From NCBI GenBank assembly GCA_048128005.1, contig JBEUKZ010000064.1:496001-560000 (forward strand): a stretch of 64,000 bases of DNA. The letters run 5' to 3'. This document shows, one piece after another, positions 1 to 11,695 of the stretch; positions within the stretch are counted from its first letter, which is position 1; each line of letters starts with the position of its first letter. The position numbers and the translations under genes are program-made. The notes under the pieces are model-generated. The model saw only the letters and a program-made list of their open reading frames with translations. It was not told where the DNA came from and made no database searches. The stretch comes from Veleropilina oligotropha (lineage: Eukaryota).

Positions 1-101
1 AGTCCATATTGCGCGTTTATATACCATTTTAGACCTTGAAATGGTGGTTTGACCTTGCCGCTAACCCGGATTCACGAAAATCTACTTCCCCATTCTTCAA
101 C

Positions 102-891
102 GGGTGCGTCTTTTTACTCAAATATACTCAAATACACTCAAATAATCGTATATCCAATCAAATAAAGTGATATACGCGTAGTTAAATGACGTAAGAATAT
201 CAAGTTAACCCCCTACATTAATAACGTTTAACATTTGTACTAGAACTTTCGAAATAATAAAATATTTGACAACAGAGCCAACGCAACAAGGGGATAGAAG
301 AGCGACATAGTCTCAATCGCATAAATGGATGAAGACGATGATGATAATTATATAATTCTACAACTAACTTTGCATTTAATAAATACTAGGATATTATGGA
401 GTGCAAATGCGCTTCTAACACAATCATGCCATCAGTATTTCTAGTCAGAAAAGGATGCGGAAACAGGGGTAACGAATTAGCAAAACCGGTAAAAATGATG
501 ATAACCAGTCTTGCTAAATCACCGATTTTAATAATTATTTAGCATTTCTGGATGCCCGATATTATATCCAACGTGACTATGGGTTAATTGCTAACATATG
601 TCGTGCATTTTACATGTCTAGAATGGACAGGAGAATTAGATAATTCTCGTGTGTGATTTCGATAAACGGTGTCCCAATTTTATAATCCCCACGTTGTCTT
701 CGCTCGTTGCGTTACCTGTATTTTAAGTATGTGGGCTACGATGAACATTTTTTCATTTTAGGGATAATATTTAATACATATACATCTCCTATGTACATAT
801 ATATTACCTTATTTTAATAAATTTACGTAAATTTGATTATATTTGAGTTATTTGAGTATATTTGAGTGTATTTGAGTAAAAAGACGCACCG
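102..891. mobile_element. Non-autonomous TIR element with 9-bp TSD (Mutator/MULE-like)
   Basis: TIRs GGTGCGTCTTTTTACTCAAATATACTCAAATAC... / ...TTTGAGTGTATTTGAGTAAAAAGACGCACC; direct repeat TTCTTCAAC at 93-101 and 892-900; removing it restores a satellite unit. Superfamily inferred from TSD length only. Confidence 0.8.
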
Positions 892-1544
892 TTCTTCAAC
901 ACCCTAAAATGGAGATTTAAATTATTAATCTATGATGTTTAGATTAAAAATAATGATAATCCGTTTTTCGGGTGGCGTCCATATTGCGCGTTTATATACC
1001 ATTTTCGACCTTGAAATGGTGATTTGACCTTGACCTTAGCTTGATATTGTCAAAATGATGTCATAATTAATCGACTTCCTCAAAATCCTAAAATGGAGGC
1101 ATTATTTATTAATCTATGATGTTTAGATTAAAAGTTATGGTATTCCGTTTGTTTGCTGGTGTTCATATTGCGTGTTGTTACATTATTGGCGACTTTGAAA
1201 TGGCGATTGGACCTTGACCTTGACCATGACCTCTAAAGTAGAGGTATTTGAAATGGTGATTTGACGTTGACCTTAACCTGAAATCGCGATAATGATATCA
1301 TAATTGACTTCTTCATCCTTGAAAACCCTCAAATGGTGATATTATTTATTAATCTATGATGCTTAGATTTAAAGTTATGATATTCTGTATTTCGTGTGGC
1401 GGCCATATTGAACGTTTATATTCAATTTTTGACCTTGAAATGGTGATTTGACCTTGACCTTATCCTGAAATCACGAAAGCAATGTCATAATCGACTTCCT
1501 CATCCTTATAAACCCTAAAATGGAAGTATTATTTATTAATCCAT

Positions 1545-2030
1545 AGCCCCATTTACACGTCCAAAGTAAAATCAAAATTAATCCAGATAACAGTTATCCA
1601 GATAACAGATAAAAAACATTGTACCCGTTTACACGGGCTTACTCTATCCGGATAATTTGCACACGGCCCGTATATTGCAAGTTATCCGGATAGAATATAG
1701 CGCATGCATAATTCAATAGCAGCAACTCATAATGGCAGTCAATCAGGAAGGAGGTTATTTTTATTTTATCAATTTTTACACCATCGACCAATCTTCGCTA
1801 AGGTTACACGCATGCGCGTCCTTAATTAGATACCGGATTGATCGACGAACCGTTAACACGGGCAAATTCAATCCGGATAACGCAAAATACCGGATTCAAA
1901 TCTACCTCGGTAGGTGGATTCAAATCCAGAAAAATTAATCCGGATATTATGTACATGAACCGTTTACACGGCAAACAGTTATCCGGATGTATCTTGATAA
2001 GTAAATATCCAGATTGAAATTCACTATTTT
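1545..2030. mobile_element. Truncated PIF/Harbinger-like MITE
   Basis: Starts AGCCCCATTTACACG, similar to the terminus of the MITE at 50909; repeated GTTTACACG and ATCCGGAT motifs; right terminus not found. Confidence 0.5.
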
Positions 2031-2834
2031 TGTGACTTGACCTTAACCTGAAATAGCAATGTCATAATCGACTTCGTCATCCTTATAAACCCTAAAATGA
2101 AGATATTATTTATTAATCTATGACGTTTAGAATAAAAGTTATGATATTCCGTCTTTCGGGTGGCGGCCATATTGCGCAATTTTGTTAACTTTTTTACCTT
2201 GAAATGGTGATTTGACCTTGACCTTAACCTGTCGCCAAAATAATGTCATAATCGACTGTCTCACACTTGAAACCCCAAAATAGAGATATTATTTATTAAT
2301 CTTTGAGGTTTAGAATAAAAGTTACGTTATTTCATCTTTCGGGTGGCGGCCATATTGGATTTTTCCAATATGGCCGCCAGAGGGACAATTGAGCTTGTCT
2401 GCCAGCGGTATATAAAATATCTAGGTCATATACATTTATAATCAAAATCTCAGAAAATTGCAAAAAAGTGAACGACTTTTTTACTAAGCCCCTTTACTAT
2501 ACATTATTGCTAATTAATAAGCTGGAATTAACCATTTTCATGTATTTTGGCAGCCATTTTGTTTTTTTGGCAGCCATGTTGGATTTTGGTTCGGATAAAA
2601 ACTGACAGAGTTGGTGGTGTCGACTACACCACATTTTAGGAGGCCAAAAACCATATTTGGCGCCATATTGGATTTTCGAATGGGGGCCCATATCCAATAT
2701 TTTTCTACTCTTCCTGACCCACATTTCTGCCAAATTTGGTGCTTTTACCACAAAACCCACAATTTTAATGGTATTCAACACTGATCTGCTGGACTAATAA
2801 ATGACTTATTTACGTTGCATTCATCAAGACCTTT

Positions 2835-3608
2835 CATTACCTTCGCCCACGTAGTGGTGGGAGAATGTATTGCAATTGGGCCGGTTTGTCTGTGAGGCTG
2901 TCTGTCCGTGAACATATCTTAACAACCATTAATCCGATTTGCTTAATTTTTGTACACAGATAGGGTCCACCATACGCTCGGTCCTTCTCAAAGATTATCA
3001 GAATCGGAGAACGGATTCGTAGTTTATGACGCAATTTCCGTATTGTCTGTCCGTGGGCATATCTGAACAACCATTGATCCGAGTTATATCATTTTTTCAC
3101 ACACGGTATGGCCCACCCTAAGCTCGGTCCTCTTCAAAGATGATGGAAGTCGGAAAGCGGATCCGGATTTTATGATGCAATTTCCGGATTTTCAGCTATA
3201 TTTTAGCGACCATTGAACCGCTATCCATTTTTTTGACACAAAATAGGGTCCACCCTAGGATCGCTCCTCATTAAATATGATTGGAGTAGGAAAGCGGATC
3301 CGGATTTTATGACGCAATTTCCTGTTTCCACGTTTTCGGCTCAAACTCAACGACAATTGAACCGATTTAAATAAGATAGGGTTCAGTCTATACTCGGTCT
3401 TCATTACAGATGATCGGAGTCGGAAAGAATATCCGGAGTTTGTCGCAATTTGCCGGTTTGCGGATTTTCGGCGCTAGCGCAAGAACGCTTCGGCATACAA
3501 ACTTCAAATTATGCTCAAAATGTTCTTCAACTATTATTCGCAATGATTTCTACCTTCCACCATTCCTTGCCACCGGGGCGAAAGTTTGCAATCTTGGATT
3601 GCCTTGTT
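2835..3608. mobile_element. Helentron-associated (HINE/DINE-1/pearl-like) element, opposite orientation to the others; contains the left duplication breakpoint
   Basis: Terminal hairpin and GTCT-type microsatellite at the left end, internal tandem units, ends ...TTGCAATCTTGGATTGCCTTGTT; its right part recurs at 21470-21846. Confidence 0.6.
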
Positions 3609-3766
3609 TGATATGCATATTGGTAGGTTTTACTTTTTACTTTAAATTTTCATTTTTTTCCACTATATAGGGGTGGGGGTGCTACACTGAAAATGCAGGA
3701 AAAAAATTCCCCAAAGGTGACAACTTAATTGGTATCCACCTGAATTGGCATTAGTATATATATATA

Positions 3767-6700
3767 ACAAGAGCAATCAGAGGAGATTGCAAACCCTCGC
3801 CACGGGGCCAAGGAAGACGACGATGGTAAAAGTCAGAAATGTCTACGATCAATATTTCTAAACATGAATTACAATCATAAAATGAAATCACAAATTTAAA
3901 AAATAAGGAATATCAAAATTTAAATAAAAATAAATATTTTGGGGGTAACGGGAGTCGAACCCCTGACCTCGACAGTCTAATGACTACGGCTAATTTAGGC
4001 TATTTATATTTGGTGTTATATTTTTGTAATTGCAAATTTTGCCGAAGTTGACAATACTTAACTCGCAATAACTGAAAAGTTAATAAAGCGATTTACGTGA
4101 AATTTTCAAGACAGATAGATTACGGTAACCTTGCTGAATGGTGTAAATTATATAACGGTGTTAGCAGTATTTAAAGTTGCATTGCCCGTAGACCGTAAAT
4201 CTATTTTTGCCACTTAGCTAAAGTTAGAAACTTTGCAATTTAAAAAAAAATTCTACAGGTGTGGTCTCTGGAGCGCCTATGAATTGAAAGTTAAAAATAA
4301 TAAAACCGGGTCCGGTTTTATTATTGGGTAACGAGCGTGTCCCCGAAAGAAATTTCGTCAAGTTCGGTCTAGTATAGTAGTCCCAGGTTCAGCACGGTCG
4401 AAGCTAACTTTGGCATTGGGGAAAGTTGAGCTGCAAAATTATCACCTATTTACTATTTTATAATAGTGTAACATCGCATGCAACTTAGATAAATAAATTA
4501 TTCATATTTGACGTAGCGTCTGCATGTTTCGATAAAAGTGTACTCGAAATGGACTAATGGTAAATTCCCGAATTGGGATTGCGCAAATTGTCACGCATTA
4601 ATGGCGGTTAACATCTTCAACGAGCAGCGATTTTCTGTTATAAAGCAGCAAACAATGTTTGTTCATCCAATTTGAATCATCAAAACTATTTGTAACATCC
4701 ACATCATATATGTAGGTAAAGCTTTGTAGAGCTATATGCGATCATTACGGGCAATGGATCTTTAAAGAGCTATCGCAAACACAGGGACTCGTAACAGCGG
4801 CCGGCAGCCATCTTACATATAAATAATAAAGGGAAGTAATGCACCAAAATGCATTCCTCGGCAGATAAACAGCTGTACCGTCCCGCTATCCCGAAATGGC
4901 AATATTTATATCAACCTTCGTGAAGACATGGCTACTCTTTCATTTCGTATATGTTATGATACCAACATTTAAGCAAAACTCTTTATTTTGACATTTATAT
5001 GCGGAATATTACCCAAAACGGCACCTCAATCCCCTATCCGTCTGCATAAATTGGGATTAAATTGAAAAATATCTGGCCCAGACCAACTATCAACCAGTAA
5101 AATCGCATAGAATCAATGAACATACCTGTAGTTAAATATCTTAATCAATAATTCCAAAATATATCCATCCTACAGGCTGAATGTGGGGAATTTCGAAAAT
5201 TACCGTGACCCAGTTATCTCGCAACCACCATTTTGTGTTTTGGTCAATTCGTATACTGCACCAAATAACGCGACCGAAGTTTTATAAAAGCTACGATATC
5301 ATTGGCCAATAAGATTTCCCTATATCCAATAAACAACGACCAAATTGTTAGATATCGCCCACATATGAATCGTGTTTTCATTCGTGCTTTTCCGTAATTA
5401 TTTCACCTCCCGAAAAATGACGAACTATTTTAACCATTTCCGATGATGAACGACAGTTGTCTGCAATGTTTAAATAATGTTGAATAAATTTCAAACTCGT
5501 TAAGTTTGTATCGTTTAAATTGTTTTAATTAAGATATGTCATAATTTTCAGATTTCCTGTAACAATTAATTTTAAGAGGAAATTTTAAAAATAATTTTCC
5601 ACCAATAATATTCCGTTATTTCCAGTGTTCGCATTTCAATGGCGTTTCTTTAAACATGGCGATAACCAGCCGCGAAAGTTCCCCCAATTTTGAAATCCTT
5701 CTTCAAACAGTGTGTTGGTGTGGTATATTTTGGAATTATTGATCAATATATTTTCTTAAAGGTATGTTCATTGATTCTATGCGATTGTACTGGTTGACAG
5801 TTGGTCTGGGCCCTATATTTTTCAATTTAATCCCAATTTGACGGACGGATACGAGATCGAGGTGCCGTTTTGGGTAATATTCCGCATATAAATGTCAAAA
5901 TCAAGAGTTTCACTTATCTATTGGTATCATAACATATACGACATGAAAGAGTAGCCATGTCTTCACGAAGGTTGATATAAATATTGCCATTTCGGGATAG
6001 CGGTACGGTACAGCTGTTTATCTTCCGATGCATGTATTTTGGTGCATTACTTCCCTTTATTATTTATATGTAAGATTTAGATGTAAGATGGCTGCCGGCC
6101 GCTCTTCGAGCGGGGAGTGTTACGAGTCCCTGTGATCGCAAATATCGCAATGTCTCGACTATTTTGACTTCGGAGCAAAAATTATTGCTACAAATTCGCT
6201 CAAAAACATAAAGTATATCGATAAGAGTTGTAGATAATGCCCCACTCTGTCACTTGGTTTAATTTGAGGTGTCTGGTTTCAGTGGCTACAGATTTACAGC
6301 ATTTATTTGCAATTTGCTTTGATTGATTTCTAAAATGCTTATAAAGTTCACATTTCACATTATTTTATAAATATTTTTGCTGATATCAATATAATTTCAT
6401 CATGACTATGATTTGCATAACGAATTTACATTATTTAATTCGATTTGGCGAAATTAGAAATTGACCCCTTATTTTTTAAAGCCCCTGGCAGCCATCTTGT
6501 GTGAGATAGATTCTATATAACTCATGTTGTAACGAGCCCCCCGATCTGAAGAATATTGTGAGCCTATTATGAAGTTTGTACGATGAAGCGTTTTAACGCT
6601 ACAGCCCAAAACGTGTAAACCCGATATTGCATCATAAAATCCGAACCCGGACCATCTTCGAGGTGGACCGAGCCAGGGAGAAACCCTATCTTGTGTAAAA

Positions 6701-6827
6701 AATTTAAGTAAATCGTATCAATAGTTTTCGAGTTATGCGAATGGACATACATACATACATACAGCCATACATACATACGGAGCCGATTGCAATACCCTCG
6801 CCTCTCCTCCGGAGGCGAGGGTAATAA
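3767..6827. mobile_element. HINE/DINE-like Helentron derivative with nested insertions
   Basis: Begins ACAAGAGCAATCAGAGGAGATTGCAAACCCTCGCC; ends with (CATA)n, GATTGCAATACCCTCGCC and hairpin CCCTCGCCTC..GAGGCGAGGG; duplicate at 22758-31977. Confidence 0.65.
4780..6134. mobile_element. Foldback-type DNA element with ~350-bp TIRs and 8-bp TSD (copy A only)
   Basis: Termini CACAGGGACTCGTAAC / GTTACGAGTCCCTGTG; arms ~4780-5127 and ~5760-6134 are reverse complements; ATCGCAAA at 4772-4779 and 6135-6142; absent at the copy B site (~31310). Confidence 0.9.
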
Positions 6828-6934
6828 ATTGACCGAAGCGAAAACACTTTGTCTGAACGTTAAAACCACCTTTGGTGGAGAATCAGCCTTCTGCCACTGG
6901 ATTATGGTGCAATCTGTAAACGAAACGAAAGAAC

Positions 6935-8137
6935 TTCGTTTCTCGCACCTGAGATAGACTGATCTCATTTTTTACCGGTGCTGGAAAATTCTATCTCGAA
7001 CACTTTGTATACATACGCAAATGCTGTCTAGCACACTTTGCATTCCCACGCACGTCGTCTGCAATGTTTGGAAACAAAAATGGCTGATCGAAACATAAAG
7101 ATCCACGTACTGGGGCTAACATCTCTCTATAATATCTATATTGCATTAAACCACGTATGTACGCTACACCCGAAACACCAAACCGATGTCCCATAACTAT
7201 CTACAAAACTTACTATGGCTTTAATAGCCCTGCATACTACTCCAACGCTGTCAATGGATTTTACATAGCTGAAACTACCGTGAAAAATCCCGGCAAAACA
7301 CATCCTTGGTTTCACATTGTCCGCTTGATGTCAACAAACTTAAATACACCATGAAGCATATGGCAGGAAATGTCAGAAAGAAATTGTGTCAAAAATTTCT
7401 GGAAAATATAGTTCCAGGCAGACACGCAGATCGACAGCAACTAAATTATAAACTGACATCGACTCTGAAAAGTGACGTCACTTCTTGTAAGTTTAATAGA
7501 TCGAGCGTTTATTAATCTATGTTATGATTTTAAATATTAGCATTTTGTTGACTTTTTCTATTATTAATATTTTAAAGATACTAATGAAATTTAGTAAATA
7601 TTTATTCCATAATTACGGAACTATATTTTATTGAGTCAGAAGAACAGCTGGTGAGTGATTGGGCTTTTGTAATACTTGTACTGGTATGCAACGTAAACAA
7701 ATATCGAAATAGCCTTAAAAATTAACATCACCTCATGCACATAGTGTCAATGTGATAGTTCGAGCTTTTTATCACCCTATGTTATGAATTTAAATATTTT
7801 ACAATTATTATTATTTAATAATACTAAATAATTGAATAAATATTTATTCAATAAATACGTAATTATATTTGATTGCGTCGGAAGAACTACTGGTGAGTGA
7901 TTGGGTTATTTGAATACGCACGGTAAACACATATGAAAATAACCTTTTCAAGCTTTTTGAGGTGCTAGAAAAATAATCAAGCCACACATTTGAGTTCCAT
8001 ATAGAGAAATATCAGTCTCGGGTGTGATGGTGCAACATCCCAACCACGGCTAACGCCTCGGTTGGGATTTGTTCCACCATCCCACCCTCGACTGATATTT
8101 CTCTATCTGGAACTCAATGTGGTGCTTGATTCTATTA
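6935..8137 (+). mobile_element. Degenerate Crypton-like element (DUF3504-type tyrosine recombinase remnant) with 3' palindrome
   Basis: Broken plus-strand frames KPRMYATPETPNRCPITIYKTY...FYIA...PWF / PLDVNKLKYTMKHMA resemble Crypton/DUF3504 motifs (RCPV..Y..Y, FYLA, WF..PLG.NKL...MK.MA); imperfect palindrome 7975-8131; duplicate at ~32085-33330. Confidence 0.6.
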
Positions 8138-8295
8138 TACCGGTACCGTACTGTATTACTTCTTGGTATTATACATGTATCTATAGATATATATATATAC
8201 ATCAACACAGTAGTTATCTCCCTTATAATTATGAACTCTTCTAAATATGTCGTCTGCTAATATTTACAATCATATACATTGCATAATTTGGTGTT

Positions 8296-8496
8296 ATGAC
8301 TTCAAAAAGTATTTATGAGTCTGATGGTAACAGCTTATCTGTTTTCTACACCCCGGTCGAGCCATTTACTGTCGACCCTTTGGATTGTAGTGATATCGTT
8401 TTTCGTTCCACTGGGGGCGGCGATAAACATTGCGTGAACAGTCTACCGCATCCGAAGATTATCAACGTAAAACCGAAGGACCAATGCCGAAGTTAC
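8296..8496 (+). CDS. Possible first coding exon of the putative SH3-domain gene (copy A)
   Basis: ATG-initiated ORF MTSKSIYESDG...QCRSY; could join in phase 0 to the acceptor at 8787-8788 via a weak donor (TAC|GTATAA); the copy B equivalent (~34407-34610) has 4-nt and 1-nt deletions. Donor uncertain. Confidence 0.3.
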
Positions 8497-8781
8497 GTAT
8501 AAATTATAAGGCAGCTTGTTGTCTTATGCTCGGTCAGTAATTATTCAAGAACAATTGATAATAATTAATATGAATTTTAATCAACTGGGAATCCCTACAG
8601 TTGGATATATAGCATTATCATTTATGTATAGGCCTTCGCATTCTTTTGTTATGTTAACAATATCCAGAATTAATAATCATTATGCAGATTAACCATTATT
8701 ACTTTTAATTCAATATTTTTAATAATAATGTAATTATTTTTCATTCCTACCAAAGTGTTAATAATGAATTTCAATTTTTAG

Positions 8782-8909
8782 AAATCAGAAATACATTTCC
8801 CGGACAGATAGCCCACTACCTGGCTCGATACAGGACCCAGAAGCAGATACGCCTCAACAAGCAGCAATCGTTCATTATACCGAATTTGTAGATGACATAC
8901 TTGATAAAA
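8782..8909 (+). CDS. Putative internal exon of the SH3-domain gene (copy A)
   Basis: Acceptor TTTTTAG (alternative AG at 8787-8788), open frame NQKYISRTDSPLPGSIQDPEADTPQQAAIVHYTEFVDDILDK, strong phase-1 donor A|GTAAGA matching the phase-1 acceptor at 10096; same length in copy B (35349-35476). Confidence 0.5.
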
Positions 8910-9340
8910 GTAAGATTATATATTATATTTTAAGTTGGCCTGTTATATGTGTAAATATGTGTAGCATGTTTCTTAGTGTGACAGCAGGGCCTATATGGAA
9001 ATCAGCTTTTGTTGTATATACGGCTACCCTGTTTTGATAAATAAAGATTACTACTACTACTCTTGTGTTATCTGCCCGGCACTCACTGTTCGACACTTTT
9101 CTCAGGTGAAAAATTAAATGGGGTGCTATATGGCCTAATGGGTGTCGTGGTTCTCAACTAATCTGATTAACTGAGCAATAAAAGCCAGCAGACAGAACTA
9201 AAGTTATACATATATATTTGTTCCCGGGCACATCCCTGTAGGCAGTTGATCATTACTTACTTACAGGATAGACATATTAACGATATATGATATAGTAAAC
9301 ATGTGCCCGATATGAGACAATAAAGCATGAATATAAAAGT

Positions 9341-9910
9341 TTATCCTGCCTCCGACAACATTCTAGTCCATTCATTGGTTACATCACGTCACGTGCTGAC
9401 CATGTAAAATAACCATATCTGGTGCCTCCGTTTCATATCACGTCAACATGACGTTGCAGACGTTACAATAAACAAGTAATAAAATGTCCTTGAGTGACCT
9501 CGTTTTCCCGCCAACCGTACTCGCCCAGTCATTGGACAGATTTTGCAGAGTTACCCAAGGGTCGCAATGGGTGTTTTGATATGATATTTTTGTATTATGT
9601 TGCTATATAATGTAGATCATAATACATAATTATTACGTTGTTGTATTATGGCATATAACAATTATTACGGTATTGTTATGATTAAATTTGTTACTTTATT
9701 CCCAATACATTTTGTTACGTTATTAACAATATATTTACTTATTTTCTTTTCTCAAAATATTACGTAATAATATATTTGCAGGTCGTCGACAGGATAAATA
9801 CCTTACATAGTTTGTTAGTGACCGAATACGGATTTTACCGGGGTCAGTGGAAATTTCCACTGACCCCGGTAAAATCCGTATTCGGTCACTAACAAACTAT
9901 GTAAGTTATA
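9341..9910. mobile_element. Non-autonomous terminal-palindrome element (Crypton-like architecture; copy A only)
   Basis: Absent at ~35919 in copy B; subterminal IR TTATCCTG..CGAC / GTCG..CAGGATAA; perfect 104-bp palindrome at 9802-9905. Confidence 0.85.
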
Positions 9911-10096
9911 ATATTCTACACAGAGTACTGAGCGAGTGTGTATTTGATGTGGACTATTGAACTTGCACTTGATCAAATGGAGAAACCAGTTTGACAATAT
10001 TCAGTTGCAGACTAAACATTTCAGTTGCTAGGAGGCAGTGGATTTGTGCCTGCCTGCGATGGTAACTATAATTCCAAATTCAAGTGTCCTCTTCAG

Positions 10097-10189
10097 ATGC
10101 AGTGACTGTCTCTCAGATGTCGAATGTCTACGTGATGGCCATCCACTCCATCCAGGGAAAGAACAAGGACGAATTGTCATTTCCTGCAG
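10097..10189 (+). CDS. Exon encoding the N-terminal half of a divergent SH3 domain (copy A)
   Basis: Acceptor CTCTTCAG; AVTVSQMSNVYVMAIHSIQGKNKDELSFPA-G matches the SH3 pattern V.ALYDF.....DELSF..G; phase-1 donor CAG|GTAGAC. Confidence 0.65.
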
Positions 10190-10663
10190 GTAGACAAGAT
10201 ATAATAGGCTGCTCCATGATTATAAAAAGTGTGGTCCAAATCTTAATATATTGTAATTCAAGTTTGCATATTCACCAAAATTGCTTTAAGGTACTCGATT
10301 GTTGTTCATATAATATGGCCCTTCTGTTAGGGATGGAGAGAGTCGTGAACTTGCGTCTGTTGGCGTCCACATCTACTTTCTGGAACACGAAGATGAACCA
10401 CTGGACTGACACCTTTCGCACTTGAAAGTTGTTTACTATCAAGTCTTGTTGAAGATGGATCACTTTGCCAAAGGTCAAGGATGCATACAAATTTGAATGA
10501 CTATTGTATTGATATCTTCCATACATACGTACATTAGCCTCATAGCTATATAGCATGTAGTGTGATATAATCATATTAAACATATTTTTCATTTTTACAA
10601 ATCCAGGTATGAAATTTGCACACACTGACAGTATTTCCATAGCAACTCTTATTATAATTACAG

Positions 10664-10821
10664 GACAGAAAATCAAGCAAACAGTGGCAGCTAACAGCAA
10701 TGGAATGTCATTTGGCAGAATAAAGAAAGGAATGTTGCGCAAGAAAGTTTGTGGGTTATACCCGGCCAATGCAGTGAAATTGTACGCTTTCTCTAGTAAA
10801 AGCACAAAGAGGGACCAATGA
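10664..10821 (+). CDS. Terminal exon encoding the C-terminal half of the SH3 domain (copy A)
   Basis: CTGAC branch-like motif at 10625, acceptor TTACAG, phase 1; GQKIKQTVAANSNGMSFGRIKKGMLRKKVCGLYPANAVKLYAFSSKSTKRDQ* contains the SH3 GL(F/Y)PxNxV motif. Confidence 0.65.
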
Positions 10822-11489
10822 CACTACTCTGGCAGTGAAATTATTCTTTGGTCTAGATGCTTCTGAATCTTGAAATTAAAATACTTAAATTATTTTGCAG
10901 AAACCATAATGGCTGCTGGTCTTGGAAATTTAATTTGTAACGCACATGTGCTTTCCAACACTTTATGGAGAAAGCTTAAGCTTTGAATACTTTTGCACAT
11001 TCGGAATAATTCAAATAGTTTAAATTCTATATCAGCAATGTTATAACATCATGCTCCTAGTTCTGGAATGCACAGTGCCCATCCCAGACGGCAAGCCGAC
11101 AGGGGCTACTCCTTCTCATAGTCAGTTAACACTTTCCATCAGGCATCCTTTTATTAACTTAAGTTATTTTCTCGTGTGCGTGTAATGTTATCTAGATAAT
11201 GTTTTTTGCAAATAGCATAGCAATTGGTATAATATATTAAAGTTATGGATGATCTGCAAATAAAATTTCATATTTCTGAGAATTTGTCATACTGTATTCT
11301 TATAATAGTGCTGCATGTGGAATAACTAAACTCGATACGGACTATTTCTCATTGACAATGATGTTTTAAATAATCAGAAATCATCTATTTATAATCATTA
11401 CTTCTACTGTATATATCCTGTACATAGACAGAAAATATGGTCCATACTCATTATCAGGAACGGTTCCAACCCATAGGTCCAATGGTTCA

Positions 11490-11695
11490 GGCCGCTTCGG
11501 CAGCGCAGTGGGTAAGAGTGTCCACTCTAAATTCACTGGCTTAATTCCGCTATTGCGAACAGTAGTGGTTCAATACCTGGCGGAGGCATTGACATCAGTT
11601 GTCCGGAAATGGCCGAAGAGGGTGGGTTTCTTCCCGCATTAACAGGGACATGTCCTGCCTTGAACCTCGATGTTGTAAATATACAGGACATGAAG
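11490..11695 (+). mobile_element. Degenerate tRNA-derived SINE
   Basis: A-box-like GGCAGCGCAGTGG and B-box-like GGTTCAATACC; duplicate at ~37997-38220; its 3' part recurs inverted at ~46505-46575. Confidence 0.5.

Larger units (their letters stand above)
1..2360. repeat. Degenerate tandem array of ~160-180 bp units, interrupted by two MITEs
   Basis: Recurrent motif CCATATTGCGCG...GACCTTGAAATGGTGATTTGACCTTGACCTT...AATCGACTTCCTCATCC...ATTATTTATTAATCTATGATG at ~1, 980, 1165, 1405, 2165 and 2350; probably the internal satellite of a larger element extending off the left edge. Confidence 0.75.

Noticed and set aside
3940..3980. tRNA-like T-arm (GGGGTTCGACTCCC on the minus strand; also ~22935)
   Set aside because: Only a B-box-like fragment inside a repeat; no cloverleaf can be built.
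6567..7194. Minus-strand ORFs repeated at 31728-32342
   Set aside because: Conserved only because of the segmental duplication; they straddle a HINE end and the antisense strand of the Crypton remnant.
10272..10805. 177-aa hydrophobic minus-strand ORF (149 aa in copy B)
   Set aside because: Non-ATG start, frame not conserved between copies, and overlaps the better-supported plus-strand SH3 exon.
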